Below, one piece after another: positions 55,522 through 64,000 of a stretch of 64,000 nt of DNA. The DNA lies in the IMG/VR virus record IMGVR_UViG_3300020473_000011, positions 217,558-281,557 of that record. One strand, given 5' to 3'. Made by a program: the position numbers and the translations under genes. Each line of letters starts with the position of its first letter. The first letter of the stretch is position 1. The notes below the pieces were generated by a model, which was given only the letters and a program-made list of their open reading frames with translations, did no database searches and had not been told where the DNA came from.

Positions 55522-56799
55522 ATGAAAAAACTGGAAGGGGATTTGATGGCAACACATGTAAACTTACTCAACGGCCTGAGCTTTACAGACGCTGAGCTTA
55601 CACGATTCCAAAGTGTAACCGACCTCGTCGACCAGCGCTTTAACCGTTGGCTCGTCAGTCAAAGTATCGTGAACCCCATTAATGACTCCTTCCTTTCTCA
55701 TTTGAGCGCAGCTGAATATGAGGTTGAGCGCCGCATCCGCAATGAGAATAATACCAACCGTGAACTACTCGACGTCGAGATCGAAGGGCAAAAGCGTCGC
55801 CTTGCGAAACTCGAAGAACAAAAAGACTTACAAGAGCGTGCTAAGAAGCTCTTAAACGGTCGACTCGCTAAGACCCTAAGAGAAACACTCTCTGATACCG
55901 ATAAGCTTGCTAGAACAGGGTTGAGCCTACGTGGTCGTGATGCTGACGATATTACGCACGTACTGCGTACGCTTTATTCACCCAGCGTGACCTTTAATCG
56001 GATCTGGAACGCGATTGCTGTCATCCCCAAACTTCCCGAACAATTGGCAAAACTCGTTAATACGGCTGAGTTCTGTAAGTCCATTGGACGTGACATGCCT
56101 CAACGTAAGGTGCAGGGCAGAGAAGCCATAGGCTTTTTGGGTATTGAGGGCTGCAAGGTTGTCATACCCCTCATCATTGCAAAGAACAGGCTACGCGGTT
56201 CGTCGCGTAACTTTCCATTAAGTGGGGCTAAGCTCTGGTCATATTGCGTGACCATGGGGAATACAGCAACCCACCTTTTAAAAGAGTCAGGACACCGTGA
56301 CCCCGCCGAGGGCTTTATGCTGGCCGTTACTATGCTGTTGGCACATATTGCCGTCTATAACGTGTATGACCATTGCTATGACATGGCGCGAGAAGAGTTG
56401 ATGGGATTACTGCGTAATCGTAATGCGATGGACTTATACTTTGTCGTACCTCATGTTAACGCAAGCCCTACGATACTGGCTGACACGCTAACAGAGTTCG
56501 CGCCCGCGACGGCACTTGAGTTGCTTGAGCTGTTCGACTGGGAGAACCTAAAGCGTATTAAAAAGGGCGTTACCGAAGAGCTTACCCGTGTTCCTACGCA
56601 TAAGCGCTCAATGCACGGTCAAGCGCTAAAACAGGCCAAACACTACGCAAAATTCATAATGCTTCGTGAAAGTAAGACCTTTGTGAAAGACCATTTACGT
56701 CCGTTCCTTGCCTGCGCGTTTCTGAGCGATGAGCAGATCCGTAACCTAATACGTGCCAACCTCAAACACCTTGACCTAAAGGGCTTCATCGAAGCCTGA
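55522..56799 (+). CDS. HDOD-domain protein (HD-related, likely catalytically inactive)
   Basis: LAKLVNTAEF, REAIGFLGIEG, KLWSYCVTMG, EGFMLAV..LAHIAVY follow the HDOD pattern. Confidence 0.6.
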   Translation: MKKLEGDLMATHVNLLNGLSFTDAELTRFQSVTDLVDQRFNRWLVSQSIVNPINDSFLSHLSAAEYEVERRIRNENNTNRELLDVEIEGQKRRLAKLEEQKDLQERAKKLLNGRLAKTLRETLSDTDKLARTGLSLRGRDADDITHVLRTLYSPSVTFNRIWNAIAVIPKLPEQLAKLVNTAEFCKSIGRDMPQRKVQGREAIGFLGIEGCKVVIPLIIAKNRLRGSSRNFPLSGAKLWSYCVTMGNTATHLLKESGHRDPAEGFMLAVTMLLAHIAVYNVYDHCYDMAREELMGLLRNRNAMDLYFVVPHVNASPTILADTLTEFAPATALELLELFDWENLKRIKKGVTEELTRVPTHKRSMHGQALKQAKHYAKFIMLRESKTFVKDHLRPFLACAFLSDEQIRNLIRANLKHLDLKGFIEA

Positions 56800-56827
56800 T
56801 ACAGTATGCACCATTCGCACTAGGCAC

Positions 56828-56854
56828 AAAAAAGGCTTTCACTTGGAAAGCCTT
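56828..56854. terminator. Terminator between convergent genes
   Basis: AAAAAAGGCTTTC-acttg-GAAAGCCTT. Confidence 0.7.
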
Positions 56855-56858
56855 ATCG

Positions 56859-57371
56859 TTAATCCTGTTTTTCTTTGGCGACAAACAGTCGCTTAGCACA
56901 GTATCGGTAGTTATGATCCTCATGGTTAACACGCGTGTCATTGACAGCGATACTGTAGTAGTTCGGGTCGAGTTCTGTCATAAAGGTTTGGCGCTCAATG
57001 ATAACAGGTAGCAAGTCGTCAAACGGCATGACTTGGCCAAGCGAGACTAGACCGCTATACGCGAACTTACCCGACGGCTTAAAAACATCAACGTCGACCT
57101 GCCAGCCCGCATTCATGAGGCTTTTTAATTCAAGTACTTCTGGCTCAACGATATTGCCCACATGCTCAAGCTGACGCATCATTGTGACAGACTGTAACTC
57201 GTCGCCCAATCCATACTCTGACAGGGTGCCTGCATCTTCGGCCTTGTCGATAGCGTCGAATAGGGTGCTTATCGCTATGTGGTCAACGCCGTGTTTTTCA
57301 CAGTACTTTGTCGCGGTTTCGATCACAGAAAAAGGGATCAAGCCTTTCTCTAATGCTTCATGTAATGTCAC
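56859..57371 (-). CDS. Hypothetical protein
   Basis: ORF track, operonic. Confidence 0.6.
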   Translation of the reverse strand: MTLHEALEKGLIPFSVIETATKYCEKHGVDHIAISTLFDAIDKAEDAGTLSEYGLGDELQSVTMMRQLEHVGNIVEPEVLELKSLMNAGWQVDVDVFKPSGKFAYSGLVSLGQVMPFDDLLPVIIERQTFMTELDPNYYSIAVNDTRVNHEDHNYRYCAKRLFVAKEKQD

Positions 57372-57373
57372 GT

Positions 57374-57652
57374 CTATTCCTTAATATTTGTCCAACTGTA
57401 ACCATTAATCGTAGTGTTAAAAAGCTTCACATGTCGCAATAACTCTTGTGCTTTTGGTCTCAGCTCATCAGGTACCACGTTTAAGAAAATCTGCACATCT
57501 ACGATGAACTTTCGGAATTTAGCCTTGTTCTTGACCTTCGGCACACGGAGTTTGTGAGAGTGAGCAAAGGTACTGTGATTCGTTTGGCACCCCGTACAAA
57601 AATCACGTGACAAATTGCCTTGATAACAGTTTAAGCAGAAGTACTTCGACAT
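57374..57652 (-). CDS. Zn-ribbon protein
   Basis: CLNC...CTGC. Confidence 0.55.
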   Translation of the reverse strand: MSKYFCLNCYQGNLSRDFCTGCQTNHSTFAHSHKLRVPKVKNKAKFRKFIVDVQIFLNVVPDELRPKAQELLRHVKLFNTTINGYSWTNIKE

Positions 57653-58053
57653 TAGCCCCTCCCTGTAACATGGTCTACGTAATCTATTGTGGCCACCCCT
57701 AAGAAATTGGCCAGCTCTTTCTTGTGAAGAGCCTTACCTTCTTCCTCTGACACATCGGCACAGTAAGCACAAATGTTCAAGAACTGTTCGGCATCATCAC
57801 GGTTTTTGATGAACTCAGGGAGTTCCCATAGGTCGCCGTCTTCGTCCATCAAGAAGCTGCGCTCAACTTTGTTTTGGTCGGCTACGCGGGCAAAAGTGTA
57901 GTACTCATCCCGTGCATAGGGTGACCCACGCTTTGGCCTGACTTGGTCGTCGACACGTTCTTTGTTTCGGCCTTGCTGATTGTCGTCAATGGCCTCATAA
58001 ATTCGCTGAGACAGTTTGCTTGCGCCCATGCCTCTTAGTTTTGTCATTCTCAT
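57652..58053 (-). CDS. Hypothetical protein
   Basis: Operonic overlap. Confidence 0.55.
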   Translation of the reverse strand: MRMTKLRGMGASKLSQRIYEAIDDNQQGRNKERVDDQVRPKRGSPYARDEYYTFARVADQNKVERSFLMDEDGDLWELPEFIKNRDDAEQFLNICAYCADVSEEEGKALHKKELANFLGVATIDYVDHVTGRG

Positions 58054-58078
58054 TCAGTCGTCCTTAGTTGGTAAGCCG

Positions 58079-59242
58079 TTAGCTTACCAATCGTCCAAAA
58101 AATGCGTCATCTAGACTATCAAAAGCCGTTTCTGGCTCGTGCCCGATAATACGGTCGACGCCGTGTAGCTTTTGTGCGGTCATCACTAATTCGTTTGCAA
58201 ATACTTGCAAGGTGTTTGTGCTCGCGCCTTTAACTGATGGTAAATGTGCGTCGGTTTCCAGCACGCAGCCCCAAAGGTCAAAAAGCGTCAAGTGGCTTTG
58301 TAGTGCCCCCTTCATGCGAGCCTCTTGGAACACATGTGGCATATAGTAGGCTCCCAAGTGGAACTTACAGTCTAATGCGGCCATTAGTTCTTTTGCGCGT
58401 TGGTATGCTGGGTCACGAAGGCTCATTGACTTTGTGCGCTTTACAATATGGTCATGTGCACGGTTCACTAGTTCAACTGAGGCACGTGTGTCTTGCATGA
58501 TGGCAAAGCGTTTTTGTAAGTGCTTGTGCACATCATCACGGAAGCGCTGACTCGCAATGTCGAGGTGATGTTCCCATTCATTCACAATTTGAAAGCGCTG
58601 TACTAAGCCCTCTGTCGTTCCGATCATACCGCTTTTTGAAGCCTTACGAACAAGTCCTATCGTGAACTCGACATGCGCTTTGAACGGTGACCACACTTGA
58701 CCCACTACCGTCATAAACTCACCGTCTTCGCCAAGTGCTGGCAGGTGTAAGTCTGTTGCGTCTCTGAATGAGCTAAAGCTCACATTGGCATCAAGTAGGT
58801 GCTCGCGGATCCCTGTTTTCTTGGTTACTGCTTTAAGCAGCGGGAACTCATCGGGTTGTAGCGATTTTCGCCCCCACTGTGTAACCATATTCAGGTTTTC
58901 GCCTGAAAAGCGTACGCCAACCTCTTCAAGCATGGTTGTTATCGCCTCGTCGGTGTGCACAAACTGCTTCTTTTTCGTAACACCGCGAAAGTCTACGATC
59001 TGGCCGTTTGCTATAAAGAAATCACCCCCGTTAACGCGGTCACTTACACGCGTTTCACTTTGCAGTGATAAAGCCTTACTTAGCGAGTGCGCCGACGGCA
59101 TTAAATGACTGTAGGTCTGGCCGTCGTCATCCTCAACTATAAGCATCGCTTGTACAAGCTCATTAAAGCCATGGTAACCTACAACACAGCGCTCAACGCG
59201 GGCGGTACCCTTTCTAATCATTTTCCAATCAAAAGTAGCCAT
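58079..59242 (-). CDS. Hypothetical protein, possibly DUF932-like
   Basis: GLVRKASKSGM loosely resembles the DUF932 RxxCxNGM motif; weak. Confidence 0.45.
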   Translation of the reverse strand: MATFDWKMIRKGTARVERCVVGYHGFNELVQAMLIVEDDDGQTYSHLMPSAHSLSKALSLQSETRVSDRVNGGDFFIANGQIVDFRGVTKKKQFVHTDEAITTMLEEVGVRFSGENLNMVTQWGRKSLQPDEFPLLKAVTKKTGIREHLLDANVSFSSFRDATDLHLPALGEDGEFMTVVGQVWSPFKAHVEFTIGLVRKASKSGMIGTTEGLVQRFQIVNEWEHHLDIASQRFRDDVHKHLQKRFAIMQDTRASVELVNRAHDHIVKRTKSMSLRDPAYQRAKELMAALDCKFHLGAYYMPHVFQEARMKGALQSHLTLFDLWGCVLETDAHLPSVKGASTNTLQVFANELVMTAQKLHGVDRIIGHEPETAFDSLDDAFFGRLVS

Positions 59243-59245
59243 TGT

Positions 59246-59470
59246 TTATTTATCCTTCCCGCTTGGTAGCCATGACGTCGGCATACGTCCTTCATCGACT
59301 GCCACCGTGTCTTCAAGTGTGTGCAGTGTGCCACAGTTATTACAGCGTATTACGACAGCGGGTAGTAATTCGCCGTCTATATCGTTTAGTTCTTCGTCCA
59401 CGTGGTGGGACATATCAGAGGCGGGTGCCCCACAGTTACCACAAATTACATGAAGCCTTGCCATAACCAT
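59246..59470 (-). CDS. Zn-ribbon protein
   Basis: ICGNCG...RCNNCG. Confidence 0.6.
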   Translation of the reverse strand: MVMARLHVICGNCGAPASDMSHHVDEELNDIDGELLPAVVIRCNNCGTLHTLEDTVAVDEGRMPTSWLPSGKDK

Positions 59471-60810
59471 TATGCTGCCCCCTCATAACTACGGTTAACC
59501 GTGTTACGTCGACCGCGTCGCTTACGACGGCTGCTTGATTGTGCTTCTAGGCGCTCTTTATGCGCTTTTTCAGCGGCTTCCTGTTGCTTCTTGCGCTTCT
59601 CATTGTAGGCACTTCTACGTTGATTTCGGCCTGTCTCTCGACGGCTAATATGCTTTAATGCTGAGTCACGCGCGCTCTTAACGCTCAGTAGTGGTATTTC
59701 TTCATTCTGCGTATTCTTCTTACGCACTTGTACACGGTTTACGCTTACGCATGATCGGCGCATAAACAGGTCTGTATACAAGGTTCTAAAGTCCAAGCAT
59801 TGCATTGTTGTCTCACAGACTTTAGAGCGCCCCATCAGCCACGCAAGGGCACAAGAAAATGTCATTGAAATAGGCGTTAAGTCGCGCTCAGCTGGGTGCA
59901 AGTTGCTCAGGTTTACCGTCTGTAGTGCCAGCATAATCTTAGGTAGTTCTAGTGCATCTACGGCACCTGCACCACACCACCGACCAACAATCCGTGCGGC
60001 ATCCAATGCAAAATTAAGCGTCAGTGTCAGCTCTTTATCAATTTTGTCTATACCGTCTCGGCCAGTTGTCAGCTCAAGTGTGTTATCTAGGCTCATCGCA
60101 GAGATAGCGGGCGTGTGCCACCACAGGCTAGGGTTTGACTTTGGTACGTAGATAAACACCGTGCAATTATGCTTAGGCACAAGGCCAACCCAGTCAGCTG
60201 CTGCTGTCATGGGCACGGCGGCAACCTTTAAGCTCCAAACTGTTCCCTCTTCATTCACAGGACGTGCATTCGCACCCAGTAGAGTGTCTGTATTTAATGC
60301 GGCGTCACGTGGCCAAGGTAATCGGTAAAGGGAGCGCCCATCAAAGTAGATTTGTTCTTCCCGTTCGTCATAGCAGTTTTCAATGCCTAGGGCAGTCTCG
60401 ACTTCACCGTTTTGTAGCTTTTCCATCATTATCGTCTGGTCACCGACCCACAACACGTGCAGCTTTTGCACGGGGTCATGGAACGTACGGCATGGTTCAA
60501 CGTCAATGACCATTTCTTGGTCAATAAATTGCGTACCAAGACGGCCTTGCCTCGTGTCTTTTACAGGTGTCGTAAATGTCATGTAACTACAACGGATCGG
60601 GTCTGTAAGGTCAGGTGAATCGTACGCCTGTTTAATTCGACGTGCCTCTGACGCATGCACAGAGTGCCACTGCCAAGAACTTGAGTCCTCCGCAGGTGCG
60701 CTAAGCTTATTCGCGCTTTGTGAGAGCTGAAAACCAAGGGCAGGCTTTATCGCGGCTAACCAACCATCAAAGGCTGTGAATTGTTCTAGGCTGTGAACTG
60801 GTATTGTCAT
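59470..60810 (-). CDS. Hypothetical protein with basic C-terminus
   Basis: 446-aa ORF, operonic. Confidence 0.65.
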   Translation of the reverse strand: MTIPVHSLEQFTAFDGWLAAIKPALGFQLSQSANKLSAPAEDSSSWQWHSVHASEARRIKQAYDSPDLTDPIRCSYMTFTTPVKDTRQGRLGTQFIDQEMVIDVEPCRTFHDPVQKLHVLWVGDQTIMMEKLQNGEVETALGIENCYDEREEQIYFDGRSLYRLPWPRDAALNTDTLLGANARPVNEEGTVWSLKVAAVPMTAAADWVGLVPKHNCTVFIYVPKSNPSLWWHTPAISAMSLDNTLELTTGRDGIDKIDKELTLTLNFALDAARIVGRWCGAGAVDALELPKIMLALQTVNLSNLHPAERDLTPISMTFSCALAWLMGRSKVCETTMQCLDFRTLYTDLFMRRSCVSVNRVQVRKKNTQNEEIPLLSVKSARDSALKHISRRETGRNQRRSAYNEKRKKQQEAAEKAHKERLEAQSSSRRKRRGRRNTVNRSYEGAA

Positions 60811-60811
60811 G

Positions 60812-61966
60812 CTAGGCCACCTCGCTATTCATTGATTTTGCACTCGACATTTTGTCGACTTGCCACTTGCCCGCACGGATGTAGTACAGGTAGTGATCGA
60901 CATCTTTACCAACAACTGAGCACGCATCGAGGTTATCTTTAAGCGGGTCGACGAATTGCCAAATATTACAATCCATGATGTCTATACGCGCGCTACGGCC
61001 GATGATCTGGTTCAGTAAGCCTTCAACGCCGACACCACGTGCGATCATGACACCGCGAACGCCCTTAATATCGGCACCCTCATCAAGCATTTGGCAATTG
61101 ACTATAAAATCAAGCTCACCCTGTTTAAATTGGGCGCTTACGTCATCAACGTACTCTTTCGGGCAGTCAACGAGGGCAACAGAGTTATAACCTTTTAGCT
61201 GTAGCATTTTGTTCACTTCGTAAACCTGCTCTTTGGTTTTCATGTAAACGATAGTACCGCTCATCAAGTGTCCATATTCGCTAACAAGATCCTCAACAAG
61301 TGTCGTTTTATTGAGCATGCCCATATCAACAACCGAGTGAACCGTCGCAGGTGCTATAAAGCCACGTCTTACGGCTTCTTCGCGGGTAATCGCTGTGATC
61401 ACCTTATCGAACTTCAAGCTAAATTTATCGCCACGTGATGGGGTTGCTGTTAAGCCAAGCATCGGTCTATCGGTGATAAATTCAAGCTTCTTTTGGAAGC
61501 TCATCATCGGTTCGTGGTGTGCCTCATCATGCACAGAGAAGTGCCAGCCTTGTTCTAGAACCTCTGGCGGGATTTCTGAGAAGATAGACTGAGTAATTAA
61601 TTCAACGCCATCAAGACACCCGATCTCGACTGCACCCTGAGTTAGCAAGTTATGCTTATGTGCAAAGTACATCACACGCATGTTTTCGCCCTCTGGTACG
61701 CCTAAGTACTCACGTAGTCTTTTATTAGACAATATGAGGGCAGTCATGTGGTTTTTACCTGTGCCCGTCGGTGAGATAAGTAAGGTACGTCGAAAGCCCC
61801 CAATAATGGCATCCACCACATTGATTTCGGCTTTATCTTGATAGTCGCGGTGTTGGTATACGCGACCGTCTTCGGTTTTTACTCGATCATCAGCGGTGCC
61901 TTCAACATAACCATGTATATCGGTGGTTTGATCTTGTGGCTCAGCTAAGATTAAATCATCAGTCAT
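60812..61966 (-). CDS. Compact superfamily 2 helicase (ResIII/Hel-C type)
   Basis: SPTGTGK, HDEAHH, GLTATP, MLDEGAD, QIIGRSAR. Confidence 0.88.
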   Translation of the reverse strand: MTDDLILAEPQDQTTDIHGYVEGTADDRVKTEDGRVYQHRDYQDKAEINVVDAIIGGFRRTLLISPTGTGKNHMTALILSNKRLREYLGVPEGENMRVMYFAHKHNLLTQGAVEIGCLDGVELITQSIFSEIPPEVLEQGWHFSVHDEAHHEPMMSFQKKLEFITDRPMLGLTATPSRGDKFSLKFDKVITAITREEAVRRGFIAPATVHSVVDMGMLNKTTLVEDLVSEYGHLMSGTIVYMKTKEQVYEVNKMLQLKGYNSVALVDCPKEYVDDVSAQFKQGELDFIVNCQMLDEGADIKGVRGVMIARGVGVEGLLNQIIGRSARIDIMDCNIWQFVDPLKDNLDACSVVGKDVDHYLYYIRAGKWQVDKMSSAKSMNSEVA

Positions 61967-62245
61967 TCTTAAACCTTAGTTATCGGTGTATCGTTGCGCC
62001 TGCACTGTCCAATGCGGCGTGGCCTGTATTCTGGCCTTAATTTATAAGCCAACTTTAGCGCGAAAACCCCTGCGGCGCAACTGTTTTTTATTGTACAACG
62101 TTATTTATCTTTCAAAGTATTCGCTGTTCACACATGACAAGCATTGTACAATGAGGCACAATAACGCCCGTAAGCCTGAGACGCCGTTAAGCCAATGGTG
62201 CGTAGTGGCTAACAGCTATTTGAGACTGAGATAAAGTGAGACAAA

Positions 62246-62764
62246 ATGAGTCATAAAAATAAAGTTGAAATGATCGCGGTTGTAACACGCACAACCAAGA
62301 AAAAAGAGTTAGAAATCGTAGCGTTTGCCGACGGTAAGTACCCTGCGGGCACGCGTAAAATCACCTTGGTGAAGCTTGAAGACACTATCTGCTTTAGCCG
62401 TACTATGAAGATGATGGAAAACATCATGCTTGCTGCGTGGTTTAATCAGTATGACCCTAAGATCCCATTAGGTCAGCAAGCCCTTGTTGTTCTGATCTCG
62501 GCAGATTCTTTAAGCCTTAAAGGGCACTTCGAAGTAGAGCCTCTGGGTCATGCACAGATGACGAACCTTGAAGGCAAACCGCTTCACTTACCGACAGCCA
62601 CACTCTCTACGCGTAAAAAGCTCTTTGCGATGCACTGGGATCAAATGCGTGGTCTTGTTCGTCAGTGGGAAGATTTTCATGCTGACAAGCAGGCCGACAG
62701 CTCTGAACTGGTTGACGGTGCCGTAGAGGTAATGCCAGCAACAGCCGAGCAGGGCGAAAGCTAA
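62246..62764 (+). CDS. Hypothetical protein
   Basis: ORF track, leader motifs. Confidence 0.6.
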   Translation: MSHKNKVEMIAVVTRTTKKKELEIVAFADGKYPAGTRKITLVKLEDTICFSRTMKMMENIMLAAWFNQYDPKIPLGQQALVVLISADSLSLKGHFEVEPLGHAQMTNLEGKPLHLPTATLSTRKKLFAMHWDQMRGLVRQWEDFHADKQADSSELVDGAVEVMPATAEQGES

Positions 62765-62973
62765 TGCCTGTCATCGCCCAGTACATTCTTCTAGGCTTGT
62801 GGGCGACATCCTTCGGGGTCTACGCATGGACTGAGGGAAAAGACCACAGTACGATGATTGAGGCGTGTCTCGTGGCGCTTGTTTCACCGATAGTGTACGT
62901 GTGGCGCTTCGTGTGTGCCTGCTTCCAGATCCTCGGCGAAATACTTGTTGGTATCGCGAGTTCACTGGACTAG
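62764..62973 (+). CDS. Small membrane protein
   Basis: Two hydrophobic segments, 1-nt overlap. Confidence 0.55.
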   Translation: MPVIAQYILLGLWATSFGVYAWTEGKDHSTMIEACLVALVSPIVYVWRFVCACFQILGEILVGIASSLD

Positions 62974-62989
62974 AAAAGCCCCCTTAAAC

Positions 62990-63016
62990 AAAAGCCAGCA
63001 TGACGCTGGCTTTTTT
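62990..63016. terminator. Bidirectional terminator
   Basis: AAAAGCCAGC-atgac-GCTGGCTTTTTT. Confidence 0.8.
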
Positions 63017-63023
63017 GTGTCTG

Positions 63024-63395
63024 TTAAGCAACAGAGACAACCTTTCTATCTTTCACAATGGCTTTGACCCCGTTACCTATCGGGTACTTACCATTGCCCA
63101 AGGTTTCAACCAGTGCCCGTGTTTCCTCGTTTAGAATGAGTTCTTGAAGTTGTTCAAGGTCAACACCTTGAGCACGTTCTAAAAACCGCAGCATGGCGTG
63201 TTCAGTTACGATAATCTCAGACTTTTTCTTACTCATTTCTGCGATTTGGTCGTTTACGCTCTTGAGTTGCTTCTGCACGAGGGACTGCTTTTGCTGCGCC
63301 TCACGCACAGCCTCAGTCGCTGCCTTTGCATCAGCCTCAAGCTTGTACTTTCTGCTTTGGAGTTGTTTAAGCTCGTGTGCTTTCTGGACGCTCAT
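63024..63395 (-). CDS. Coiled coil + small alpha/beta domain (VTEHAMLRFLER)
   Basis: ATGA overlap with the upstream gene. Confidence 0.6.
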   Translation of the reverse strand: MSVQKAHELKQLQSRKYKLEADAKAATEAVREAQQKQSLVQKQLKSVNDQIAEMSKKKSEIIVTEHAMLRFLERAQGVDLEQLQELILNEETRALVETLGNGKYPIGNGVKAIVKDRKVVSVA

Positions 63396-63601
63396 AGTTC
63401 CCCTTGCTTTTTGTCGACCCAATTAACGCTGCCATAAGGGCATACGTACGCTTGTTGGTCTTTAAACGTCAGTGCGACGTGACCCTGCTTAACCTCTAAT
63501 GACTCAAAGTCATCGCGTTGTACAAGTTCAGTTAATTTTCTCTTGGCTACGCGGATATACGCACCCAATCCGTTAATTATTTCTGTGTATCTAGTCATCA
63601 A
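63392..63601 (-). CDS. Small hypothetical protein
   Basis: Overlapping operon arrangement. Confidence 0.5.
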   Translation of the reverse strand: MMTRYTEIINGLGAYIRVAKRKLTELVQRDDFESLEVKQGHVALTFKDQQAYVCPYGSVNWVDKKQGEL

Positions 63602-63939
63602 GTTTCCAGTAGGTTTGAGGCAATACTAATGCCTGTCCTGCGCGCACGTTTCTCGGCCGCTTCAATTATCGGTCGTAGCTTACGTTCTGCGCCATTCAGC
63701 GTCAACTGAATACCGTACTGTTTGGGTTTTACTTGGCGCTCAACGTGTGTAATAGCGCGTAACGACGTATCATTGTACAACTCATCACGGATGTAGTTGG
63801 CTGTCTGCTCAACAGCCTGCCAGCGTGCTTTTTGTTGGTCGATAGGAAGTACTTTCGGGGAGTCACCGAGCGGCACGACTGAAATCAACGCAAAGTGTTG
63901 ATTGGTCTCTAGGGTTGTGTTGCTGTTCATTGGTTGCAT
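63598..63939 (-). CDS. Hypothetical protein
   Basis: GAGG RBS. Confidence 0.55.
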   Translation of the reverse strand: MQPMNSNTTLETNQHFALISVVPLGDSPKVLPIDQQKARWQAVEQTANYIRDELYNDTSLRAITHVERQVKPKQYGIQLTLNGAERKLRPIIEAAEKRARRTGISIASNLLET

Positions 63940-64000
63940 TGGGGTACCTCAGTTCTCATACTCAAGTTAAAAGCCATGGTGTTACTGGCTCGGGGACCAG

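Noticed and set aside
3501-63780. TTGTACAA repeats as a CRISPR array or REP/iteron array
   Set aside because: Copies are dispersed, not regularly spaced by unique spacers; no cas genes
1-64000. tRNA, rRNA, tmRNA or a DGR/retron
   Set aside because: No cloverleaf with T-loop GTTCRA and acceptor stem recognised and no reverse transcriptase motif (YxDD with RT context); by-eye search only
1-64000. Interpretation as host chromosome because of thyA, cca, rnhA, arfA, hfq
   Set aside because: These genes lack their usual chromosomal neighbours (lgt, dnaQ, miaA/hflX) and sit among phage-type ORFs sharing one regulatory motif

Overview
The whole window reads as a large (jumbo-type) tailed-phage genome segment, mostly on the minus strand, with no intact host operons. 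The host is inferred to be a marine gammaproteobacterium (Vibrionales/Alteromonadales-like ThyA, ArfA, CCA). From left to right: (1) a tandem array of at least 5 paralogous ~230-260 aa genes; (2) an arfA ribosome-rescue gene that keeps a 3' hairpin; (3) a small membrane protein + SLT lysis cassette; (4) a four-gene GInt-like block of three tyrosine recombinases plus a small protein, flanked by TTTCCATA repeats; (5) a 3108-aa giant gene; (6) six paralogous putative virion proteins, including a duplicated two-gene unit; (7) a T4 gp13-like neck gene; (8) an accessory region with an NMP kinase, tandem SpoIIAA-like protein, RNase H, two FN3-like paralogs, a divergent Hfq-like gene, a thermonuclease, CCA enzyme plus a second nucleotidyltransferase, a holin-like gene, thyA, an HDOD protein and an SF2 helicase. 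A palindrome (core TTGTACAA, extended ATCRTTGTACAAYGAT) occurs about 29 times, almost always intergenic, and suggests a genome-wide regulon. No tRNA, rRNA, CRISPR array or reverse transcriptase was seen. All family calls come from motif recognition by eye, not from database searches.
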